Below, piece after piece: positions 1-10,871 of a stretch of DNA of 64,000 bases. Source of the stretch: Octopus vulgaris (taxonomy: Eukaryota); contig OX597821.1 of assembly GCA_951406725.2 (NCBI GenBank), positions 27,342,001 to 27,406,000 of the forward strand, given 5' to 3'. Positions within the stretch are counted from its first letter, which is position 1. Every line of letters starts with the position of its first letter. Made by a program: the position numbers and the translations under genes. The notes below the pieces were generated by a model, which worked only from the letters and a program-made list of their open reading frames with translations, made no database searches and was not told where the DNA came from.

Positions 1-242
1 TGAGTCTGTATGTGTGTATGTACGTATGTATGCATGTATATATATATATATATATATGTGTGTGTTTGTATGCATATACATAAGTATGTCAATATATATC
101 TATGTATCTATCTATTTATCTATCAGTTTCTCTGTCTGCCTCTCTATGTATCTGTATATCTGCCTACCTGTCTGTATATCTATCAACCTATCTAATTATT
201 TATCTGTTATCTATCCATCTAACTATATGTATATATACATAG

Positions 243-305
<63 letters not shown>

Positions 306-678
306 TATAAATATATATATATTTATGTATATATATATATAAATATATAAATGATTCAGCGTATCCAATGTAAACACTCAGACATATATACACACGCGCG
401 CCCACACATGCACATACATACATTTACTCTTTCACAAATATACTCATAAATCACAGATAAAAGAAAATTAAATATAAGGGAAATAATATGACGTAAAATA
501 AAATTATAGATGTATTGAAAATAATAAATTATTGAAAATTATCAAATATAATTATTTCTGTGAAAGTAAATATAAATCAGATGATGCTGAATGTATCAAG
601 TAGCAGCATCGAAAGGTGATGTTAAGACACTATTACGTAGTATATATATGTATATACATATACATATATATATGCATG

Positions 679-725
<47 letters not shown>

Positions 726-726
726 A

Positions 727-759
<33 letters not shown>

Positions 760-816
760 GTATATATATACATATATATATGTGTGTGTGTGTATAAATG
801 TATATAAATATATGCA

Positions 817-1367
817 TATAAGGTGGATGACCACTAAGTGGGCATCCATTATGCTAGAGGTAGACTCCATATGGTCTGACCATATGCTACGCCACTGGTT
901 TTAAATTGATATTACTCAAATTACTATTAAAATTTTCACATTTATTATTTAAATTTAAACAACCATGTTCTCTAACAGGCAAAATTCATTCACTGCAGAG
1001 AAATATTTTCTGCAGAATTATTTCCGCTATTTTGGCGCGACAAAACGAAGACTTTGAAAATATAACCCCAAATGTAATTGGTAGAACTATTTGCATGTTC
1101 AATCTCATGCGGACCACCCGTGAATAGTTCTGCAAATTATATTTTGCTATGACTATCACACTGATGAATTGCGGACATTACATAAGTGGTAACAATGACA
1201 GCGAGTTTGTGATTAATCGTTATATTTTGAATCTTTTCATTTGTCTTGCTCGCTAACGTTCTGGCGTTTGCTGAATTTTCTCGAGAACAATCTTTTCTTT
1301 GTGGTCAGACCATATGGGGACTATCTCTTACATAATAGATGTTCACTTAGTGGTCATCCCTCTTATA
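817..1367. mobile_element. MITE-like element with ~65 bp terminal inverted repeats
   Basis: tataaggtggatgaccactaagtgggcatcc...atatggtctgacca (817-882) recurs in reverse complement at ~1302-1367; TA-rich flanks; no coding capacity. Confidence 0.7.
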
Positions 1368-1472
1368 CGTATGTAATATAGGTTTTCTGAATTTTCAGAT
1401 TTTTCATATGCTATTCATTGCTTTTAAACTGATATTAATCAAATTTATATACAATTTTTCACCCTTATTGTT

Positions 1473-1561
<89 letters not shown>

Positions 1562-1565
<4 letters not shown>

Positions 1566-1685
1566 AAAGTTTACGAAAAAAAAACAAAAGACGATGACAG
1601 GTGGTGTACAAAACAAATAGATGTATTAGTATAACGCTCAGGAATAGAAAAAAGTATTTTACGTTTCGAGCCTACGCTCTTCTAC

Positions 1686-1692
<7 letters not shown>
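1562..1692 (-). repeat. Short PLE pseudo-LTR-like repeat containing an HHR-like motif (CUGUAGA core)
   Basis: Minus strand reads cttt CTGTAGA agagcgtaggctc GAAA cGTA aaat; homologous to 3636-3843, 24850-25007 and 51495-51665; embedded in (TA)n. Confidence 0.65.
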
Positions 1693-1734
<42 letters not shown>

Positions 1735-1822
1735 TATAAGCCGGATAACCACTAAGTGGGCATCCATTATGCTAGAGGTAGACTCCATATGGTCTGACCA
1801 TATGCTAGGCCACTGGTTTTAA

Positions 1823-1823
<1 letters not shown>
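1735..1823 (+). repeat. Truncated solo end of the 817-1367 MITE family
   Basis: Near-identical to 817-905 and flanked on both sides by (TA)n. Confidence 0.75.
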
Positions 1824-1871
<48 letters not shown>

Positions 1872-2420
1872 TATATAAAGGGAAAGTTTACGATGTATGT
1901 ATGTTTTTAAAATGCTTGCCTTATGTCTGTATTATATGTCTGATACATGCACTGTGTTGTGCTTCATAGGAGTTACTAATTCTTCGTTTGTGTGTCTGGT
2001 TCTACATATGAAAATAGATACATACATCTATACATGCATACATATACATATACAACTACCGCGCCCTATATATAGGATAGAGAGAGAGAGAGAGAGATAC
2101 AGAGAGAGACAGAGACAGAGAGAGACAGACAGAGACAGACAGAGAACTTACAAGCCTTCACGAGAGGGATCACATTAATTAACGATATTAAACAACTACG
2201 TGTCATAATTTAAATGGCCACAGTTCACAGAGCCAGTCCTCTGAGGATCCTATATCCTGTCCAATGGCATGTTTACCCATCTAATTTCAATGCCTAATTT
2301 TTGCCTGTCTATTATAACTGAGTCTATGTATAATAGACACGCAGTATATATGTATATATATGTGCCTCTTTTGTATATAACTACATATCTAGATACACAC
2401 ACCCACACACACACACACAC

Positions 2421-2477
<57 letters not shown>

Positions 2478-2533
2478 GTAATTCCAAACGCATACGCTCA
2501 TACACGCTTACACATTGCTACTCACACAACTAC

Positions 2534-2580
<47 letters not shown>

Positions 2581-3064
2581 GTGCGTGTGTATTCGTGCTT
2601 CTGTGTTGTATGTGAATCATGATGGCTAATGTACCATACTTAACGTTACTACTGTAGCAAGTGAAATAGCAATCGTTGCTCTAACTGAACATAAACTGAT
2701 TATACTTATGAATTATTCGCTATTCAATCAAACTATTCTAGTATCTCTGCTTAAATTGTTTCCAAATGTTATTACGGCAGAGAAATTGCCAACAGAGGGT
2801 TTAATTTAATGTGTAGCTCATGCCAATTCCACAATCAATTACCATTGTGCTGAACAAAGACATTTAATATGATTCCCATACTTATCATATCTCTGGAATT
2901 GTAATTTTATACGAACAAAGTTGATATGTTATGCTCTAAATGTAAACGATGATCCGAACTTTGAGGGTTTTATAAACAAAGAAATATTTCGTCTAATATA
3001 GATACGTATGCAAAATATTTTGTTATATGTCTTTATTCATATGATACAGGTTTCGCATAAAATA

Positions 3065-3300
3065 CCTATTTATTTATTACCCACAAGGGGCTAAACATAG
3101 AGGGGACAAACAAGGACAGACAAATGTATTAAGTCGATTACATCGACCCCAGTGTGTAGCTGGTACTTAATTTATCGACCCCGAAAGGATGAAAGGCAAA
3201 GTCGACCTCGGCGGAATTCGAACTCAGAACGTAACGGCAGACGATATACCGCTAAGCATTTCGCCCGCCGTGCTAATGATTCTGCCAGCTCGCCGCCTTA
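3065..3300 (-). mobile_element. SINE family A (degenerate tRNA-like head, central gtcgactttgcctttcatcctttcggggtcgataaa domain)
   Basis: Highly similar to 37285-37689 and diverged copy 28936-29140; B-box-like gagttcgaattcc; A-rich tail. Confidence 0.8.
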
Positions 3301-3597
3301 TATTCACATAAAATACCGTATACATGCACTCACGCAGGCATATATACACATACGCACACACACATATAGTCTCGCCCACTTATTGTTTGAAGAGTCGCGG
3401 GGGAGAGTACAGCAGAACATCTCCTATCGGGCCATCGGGTCTAGTCAGGAGCAACCGTCGTCAAATTGATCGAGCTGAATCACCATGGGAGGCCAACTGT
3501 GCTTCCGAATGCTACCGAACTATCGTTCTCATATACTACTCTTGAGTCGCCTGCTGCTTGTTCTTGCTCGTAGAACATGTCCAGCAATTCTTTTCCG

Positions 3598-3635
<38 letters not shown>

Positions 3636-3636
<1 letters not shown>

Positions 3637-3843
3637 TGGTCAGTCGCCAGGATAGATCGTTAGCCACTACACACATTTTTTCTCCCCTTGTTTCTCTCCT
3701 TGTTTTTTTCTGTGTCCTTTTCTGTAGAAGAGCGTAGGCTCGAAACGTAAAAGACTTTTTCTATTCCTGAGCGTTATACTAATACATCTATTTGTTTTGT
3801 ACACCACCTGTCTTCGTCTTTTGTTTTTTTCGTAAACTCTCAC
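3636..3843 (+). repeat. PLE pseudo-LTR-like repeat with HHR-like motif at 3714-3755
   Basis: cctttt CTGTAGA a gagc gtag gctc GAAA c GTA aaag; reverse-complement homolog of 1562-1692. Confidence 0.7.
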
Positions 3844-3956
3844 TATATATATTGATAAACACACATACTTATATGTATATCAATATCAATGCATAAAACT
3901 ACATGAAGTTTGGTAAAAAAAAGTCTGATCATGTACCTACCTCCTGGCTCTTGTGA

Positions 3957-5811
3957 TTATAACAACTCGTTGTAAACAATGTTCCTTCTTTTGCTTCCCA
4001 CTCTTGAGCAGCCAACATACAGTTGTCTATGCGAGAAGCAGGGCTCTTCCATGAGAAGACCCTGAGATTTGTTAATGGACATGGCAAAAGTCACATATAA
4101 GGGGGAATTGCTCTCTACTGAACGTAAATGGAATTTCTGCTCCTGATGGAGTAAGAGGAATTCTTGGAATGAAGATGTCATCACCTTTTCCACATCCAGA
4201 AAGAATTGCAAAATCTTGGTGGTTCTAGATTGCGGAGTAGCATTACAGGAGTTACAACTTTAAGTGTAATATGTGTGGGGGTAGTCCAGGAGGCTCCAGC
4301 GAATTGAGAAATTCAGGAGGATAGTTCACAACTACATTTTTATCTGGAATTGTATCAACGGTCTTGTAAGTGTGAAGTGTGCCAGGAAGAGAATGCATTA
4401 GCTATTGACTTATTCTTTTAACAGCAACGTGTTTTGGAGCTAATATTGCTCTTTCACTCAACCAATTGTGAGTTTGGTAGTTTTCTGTGATGTTGGAAAA
4501 TACTTTGTGTTTGAGCTCATCCACAGAATTAACAATAGAAGAAAATGGCCACACTTCCATTTCTCCTGCAGCGTCGAGATGCACCTTGCCATCACCAAGT
4601 GTCAAAATGTTCTGTGCAAACTTTGCGTACATTTGGTCGCCGTGTAGCTGAGCTTTCACGGTAGTGCTAAGACTGAGGGTCGTAACATGATGCCACAGGG
4701 TAGAGGATATTAGGCATGCTTGGACCTCATCTGCTCCAGTGCCTTTCGGAATGAGATGATGAGTTTGCCAGAAAGCAACTGACAACAGAAGCAGCGTTAC
4801 ACCCCACATTGGAGCCTGACAGTTTCGGATGTCTTTCAGGGCTCTTTCTAATGCTCCCAAAGCTCCCTTGTGAGTCATGGTGCACTCATCCCAGACATTC
4901 CAGATGACACCTTTTAAGTACCTGCTCCTGATCTGAGCTTTTGCTGATGCTCCATGAAAGTATCTCGGATGCTGCTAGGTTGAGAGGGAGTTTAAAAGTC
5001 GAGTGTGCTGCCCTGCCGCCGTGTAACAAAGTACCTGGAATCCCAGAATAAGCCACAGGTATTGTAATGTTCTGGTGGTACCTATCTTCTGCAAAGAGAA
5101 GCTTCGTAATAAATGTTTTTTTCCTGTCCCTTCAGGACATCCAGGAAGAAGATTCGTCCATCGCGTTGGCATACACTGTTAAGAATAGTTCTGTAGGTCT
5201 GTAGTTGGTCCAGAAGTAATTTTGACACATTTTCAACAATGCGCTTTGAAAGCGCTTGAGTATCATAGGATGTGTCACGAATGACAGCAGTGGAAAGGCT
5301 ATTTGACGCTGACCTGAAAGTTTGTGGCAGGACATATGTGAATAATTCCTTTCCACCCAGTGTAGCAATTCTGTCTTCAATGTCAATGAGAGTTTTGTTG
5401 TAGACTTCATTGCTGATACCCTCCATGTCAGGATAGAGCAGTTGAACTTGCCGCTTCAAGTCTTCATCCAGTTTGTCCCTGTATTTGAGTAGTAGAGTGG
5501 CAAGATCACACGGTTCGCATGTCTGTAGTAATACTGCAAATGGTGCCTGAGACTTTTAGGTGATTCTGATTAAGCATTAAAGCTGCATCCCATTGTGCAC
5601 CATCTTCTAACAGACCTCGACGATAGCAGGCTTCTCTGTATGTTGTGCAGACATGTCGATGAAACATTTTTAGGTCCTGGAAACACGTTGGCGCTCTGAC
5701 CTCATGCAATAGTAGACGGAGGTAGAAGCAGTGTTGTTGAGTGGTATTTAATTGTAAATGTACATATATGTACTTAAAACGGGACTGACGCATGAACACA
5801 CCCTCAAACAC
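3957..5811 (-). pseudogene. Decayed Helitron RepHel protein (Pif1-like helicase half)
   Basis: ORF pieces FYLRLLLHEVRAPTCFQDLK...TYREACYRRGLLEDGAQWD, MTHKGALGALERALKDIRN, WLSERAILAPK, FAMSINKSQG...CFSHRQLYVGCSRV; multiple frameshifts and small deletions. Confidence 0.9.
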
Positions 5812-6388
5812 ATGTTTTCTTCATTCCTCATTCTTGTATCTAAGTTCAGTAAGTATTCTTACTGTTTAGTGATGCTTCCGCATATTTTAATATTCCATGA
5901 TATAAAATTCTGATTACGTTTTTTCCTCTTTGTTTTTGTGCTTATATTTTTGAACTTAATTTCGAGCCTCTATTCTAATAGACATTTGCATACACATACA
6001 TAGAAACATTTATATTGTTATCTCTCAATATTACATACCTGCAGCGCTAGAAGCTTTAAGTGTCATTCACGCATCAATATATATTCCCTTAAGTGTTTAT
6101 TGTCAAATCTCAAACAAAATCATTCTGAAACGGTAACTAGCCTTTATGCTTTACACTGTATAAAGAACGTTGTTTTGTGTGCTTGTGAATGATTTCTTTT
6201 ATGAAAACAAACCTTAGCATGTAGAAGATAATATTGTTTCCATGAAAACAAAACATCACCCCGCCACCAAAAGAAAATAAAGACAATCATTCATTGACAC
6301 TTTTTCGATGGCCAATGATTCCAACAGGAAGGAATTTTGCACATCACATATTAGAGTGTATTAATTACATTAAGGAGTTCATGAGTTC

Positions 6389-6740
6389 ATGGAAAGGTAA
6401 ATGCTTGGTATCTCGTGAGAGCACATCAGTAGCGAGGTCATCAGAAAGAAGTACGGCGTGAGGGATGTAATCGCAGAGTATACACGCAGCAAGTTTAAAT
6501 GGGCTGGACATGTCGCCCGGCCCACCGATAATCGGTGGACCCGCGCCGTTGTCGAGTGGTACCCGCGCGAGCGGAAACGACCACCCGGAAGGCCTCCACG
6601 ACGGTGGAGTTACGATTTCAGGAGGACGATTGAGATCACGTGGACGAGAAAGGCGCGATCCAGAGAGAAGTGGACAGCGTGCTGTGACCAGGGGTGTCAA
6701 ATGGACGCCCGACGGACTGGTTGGTCAAGGTGAAGGTGAA
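6389..6740 (+). mobile_element. 5'-truncated RTE-clade LINE, 3' end
   Basis: ORF 6458-6733 KWAGHVARPTDNRWT...WYPRERKRPPGRPPRRW is the RTE C-terminal signature; ends in short tandem tail (aaggtg)2. Confidence 0.85.
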
Positions 6741-7489
6741 GAATTTACTTTAAGACATTACCCATAATAACGGAAATATTTATGATCTAATATTTCTCAC
6801 TCTATGAAATGCACAGTTGTACTTCTGGCTGAGATGGTAACAAAGTATAAGTGTAGTTTAGCACTTTTCAATCAAATGCTATTATATTTAGCCAACAACG
6901 ACTAAGCCCTGCTTTGAGCTCAAAATATGATGAGCGTACTCAACTCATTGAGTAATCCTACTGATGTTCAATCACCTGAATGTAATCACCTGAATGTAAT
7001 CTCAACAGATTACACATCATAACACGTCAAACATAAGTACAGCCATATTAATGAATGAAAGCAAAACGAAATACATTTTATCTGTGTAGGTACATAAAAT
7101 CGAATATTTGACTGCCTTTTGTAGCTTCATATTCAGAGAGAAAACTGAAGCCATATACTGTATTAAATTTTCTCTATACAGCTGAATGTTTACGAAATGT
7201 AGACATTGATGTTAGAAGTTATGGAACTGAAATATAAATATGACGACCAAGATTGCCACTCCTGTTCATATAGAATTTCAATGTACAGTTAGTATAACAT
7301 ACACTGAAAAAGACATACACAAAAATATACTCACACATAAACAGACATACATGCATATATACGTTATATGTGGATATATATACACATAATACGGTCATGC
7401 TCATATGTTCTTGCATGTACCCCCACACACATTTATAAAGCGTTCTATATATATATAAATAAATATTTATGTATATATATATGCATTCA

Positions 7490-7700
7490 AAATGTGACCG
7501 CGTGTGTATCGTTGGCGATTTTTTCCTCCGTCTTCCCTTCCTTGGATCTTTCCTTTTCCTATGTTTCTGACGAAGAGCTCCGCTCGAAACGTTAAGCCCT
7601 CCTTCTTTCTTTCTTTCCCGAGCGTCCAATAACACTATACTTGTTCCATGTCCTCGCATTGTTGTGTTTTCTCTTTGTGTTTTCATGTTCGGATTAACTT
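7490..7700 (+). repeat. PLE pseudo-LTR-like repeat related to the 3636-3843 family
   Basis: Same layout: pyrimidine-rich leader, gagc..gctcGAAAcgt motif, ctgagcg/ccgagcg downstream. Confidence 0.6.
7563..7597 (+). ncRNA. Minimal type I hammerhead ribozyme motif
   Basis: gttt CTGACGA a gagc-tcc-gctc GAAA c GTT aagc: canonical core, 4-bp stem I, 4-bp stem II, loopless palindromic stem III (ACGT). Confidence 0.7.
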
Positions 7701-7711
7701 TTTATATACAT

Positions 7712-8102
7712 ACTGGCAGTATCGCCCGGCGTTGCTCGGGTTTGTAAGGGAAATAACTATATAAGTATTTTTAGAGTTATAGCCCAAAAATAGCAAAAAA
7801 TGCATTAAAAAGGGGAACAAATTATGGTAAATTGTTTTTTAAATCGTTGAATCATCGTAGACATTTCTAGAGAGTTACTTCCCTTATATAATAGCGAAAA
7901 AATGCATTAAAATGGAAAAAAATGATGGTAATTTTTTTTAAAATCGTAGACTCATCGTACACGCGCGCTAATACCCAGAAGGGCTCGATATGAATCACGA
8001 CTATAAGACACCCGGCTTTGGTTAAACTGCACGGCAAAATGTGGGAGTAGTTAGGAATCTAAATCGTAGGAGACAGACACACAACTTCACTTTTATGTAT
8101 AA

Positions 8103-8105
<3 letters not shown>
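7712..8105 (-). mobile_element. Non-autonomous Helitron-like element
   Basis: Minus strand starts TC and ends with GC hairpin cccgagcaacgccggg followed by ccag (CTAG-like); homologous to 32550-33062. Confidence 0.7.
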
Positions 8106-8172
<67 letters not shown>

Positions 8173-8759
8173 ATGTGTGTATCGAATGCAATGTACACGT
8201 TTATTGTACATACGTATAGATGAGTCCACATACATTTTCTCCTGAAAAAAGTCTGATATTTACTGTAATCATTAGTTAAGGTTTGTTTTTCACTTGCCAG
8301 GTGTTTCATAGTTGTAATTTCAGTTGTGAAAGTACAATTAGATTTATTTTAGTACCTGTTGGCTTGACGATCATATTGTACGTTATCGTTCCGAATGGAA
8401 ATCTTTTTTATGCGTCAAATGTCTTAATCAATGTACTTTCCCTGATTATCTATGATTTCCTGCTATCTATTTACAAACTTTTAAATACTAGCGATTTAAA
8501 ACTCTTTTGGTTTCAAAGATAAGAACTTTGAAATGTCAGTTTCGACCTTCTCTTGGCATGCGAAAGTTATGTCCCCTCCCCTCCCCCCATATGATTCTGT
8601 AAACTACAAAACAAATAGTTGCCTGAATGGGCAAGGTCGGGAGAATAAGGTGGAGGAGAATTTTTTTTTCCGAACCAAGCTCTTCAGTCTTTTGTGATAT
8701 GATCTTTGCAGTGTGGGGTCTATATATATATATATATATGCATACATGTGTATACATAC

Positions 8760-8828
<69 letters not shown>

Positions 8829-9169
8829 GCAAATAAAAATATGTAAAAATACACAGGAGGTTGGTATGATAAAATTTATGCTAATATTAAGATCATAATG
8901 AAACAAAGATTTGTATTACAAAGGAAGTAAGACTTCAATTATTCGGAAGGTTATATTGTTTGGAATATAACTCTTCAATTTATCTGAAAGTTACTTTCAA
9001 AGTATTGCTAGGGCTTTTGGATTGATATTCTTAATATATACAGATTTGTGGAATATATACCAAAGTTTTAGGGGTTATTTACAAATATTTCAAGGGTGGA
9101 GAGAAGAATTGATTGTTGTTCTGTTGCCGTGAGGGTTGGTTGTTACTAAAATGAATTGATGTTCACTTG

Positions 9170-9730
9170 TGGTTTATATTTTTGGGATGAATTAGGCTTC
9201 TTTATTCAGACGAACTTGCGTTGAGGTTCATTCAGTAAAATTGTACAGAGAATATATAGAATTGTGGTTGCAATTGTTTAGCACATATGTTCGCTGAGAT
9301 ATATATGGCAATATTGTGGTGAAGCTATTTGTTGACGGTGCACCGTACAGCAGCGACGGATTGAAATTCCCGTATTTCTGACATAATCTTTCTGCCAGCC
9401 CGAGCATCTGATCACATAAATTATATTTTCGGACGCACAAGTGAAATCTGATTTAATTGTAAAATGTTGCCCTTGTTTGAAATGGTATTCCAACCCTTCG
9501 AAAAGTTTGGGGCTTATTCCATAATTGGAGCAATTACACTTTTTCACTTTTGCGTTGGTTGTAGTTGTGAGTAATTTTGCATTTGTTAATAGTTCCTTTC
9601 GTGACATGGGCTGTTTGTCGTTTTTATTTTATTTTAAGGTAACGTAGAATTCTTTTCAGTTTGGATTCCTTATGTAGTATTGGTAGATTTTGGAAGATTG
9701 TGTTGAATGCCTCCTTGTCTCTGGGGTAAA
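9170..9730 (-). mobile_element. Penelope-like element fragment (GIY-YIG endonuclease region)
   Basis: ORF 9278-9607 FTIKSDFTCASENIIYVIRCSGWQKDYVRNTG...HRQQI...LSEH resembles the PLE GIY-YIG domain. Confidence 0.8.
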
Positions 9731-9832
9731 TAACTCTCTCAATATATTTTCTCATTGAAATCTTATATTCACTCGAATTTTAATTTCTAATGTAATAAAA
9801 ATTGTCGATGTGCATTGTTAGTGATATCGTTG

Positions 9833-10145
9833 ATGATGATGATGATTGTTCCTTCTCGAGCCATGCCTGGCTCATAAGGGCCAGTTCCCGGTTTCTTGGC
9901 GTATAGATTCCCCACCTGGACGGGACGCCGGTCCGTCGCAGGTGAGCTGCAAGATGCAGGAGGAAAGAGTGAAAGAAAGTTGTGTCGAAAGAATCAGCAG
10001 AACTTTCGCCATTACCTTCTGCCGGAGCTGCGTGGAGCTTAGGTGTTTCGCTCATAAACATACATATCGCTCGGTCTGAGATTCGAACCTTCGATCCCTC
10101 GACTGCGAGTCCGCTGCTTTACCCACTAGGCCAAGTGCCTCCACT
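9833..10145 (-). mobile_element. tRNA(Arg-like)-derived SINE family B with (ATC)n tail
   Basis: Head tggaggcacttggcctagtgg...ggttcgaatctc (A/B boxes); perfect 12-bp TSD gtgatatcgttg at 9821-9832 and 10146-10157. Confidence 0.9.
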
Positions 10146-10757
10146 GTGATATCGTTGGTTAAACTGGCCTCACTACTTTACTGCTTGGTGAAATATAGTC
10201 AAGTAGGATGAAAGTATCATGTTGTTCACGTTGGGATTCGAACCACAGAAAGTCTATCGAGATTGAGCCAGCTACAGCGTAGTCTTATATTTACCACTAA
10301 AACATTTTGCTAGTAACACTTAGTGTTTAACTAAGCGTCGACACTGTTCTTTTCTATTTCAGAATCCCTCAAACTTTCCCTCACTATCTATATCTAGGTG
10401 CATCAATAACTAGTTACGCATTTACTCATTGAACATCTGACAGTTTCCAATACTTGCATCTGTCGTTACATTTTATCCCATTAACATCCTAGCATGAGAT
10501 GTATTCAACGCATTTTGTAATGTTATGATTAAATCTAACGTCACAGTATGAGTGCAATAAAATGTACACCGAGAGGAAATTGATCCATTTAGTATCAAGA
10601 ACAATCCAAAATACCATATTTGAGAACGTTTATTGAGATTTTACGACCATCATTTCGAAGTAAGTCTCCTTTGAACATAGACGTAATAGATTTAATATAA
10701 AAAGCTATCGAGCACATGGTGTGAAACTTTGAGTGAATTTTAGTCGTTTTGTTCACG

Positions 10758-10871
<114 letters not shown>

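Noticed and set aside
575-625. cagatgatgctg...cagcatc GAAA resembling a hammerhead
   Set aside because: A hairpin and GAAA are present, but the core is mismatched and there is no convincing stem I or helix III.
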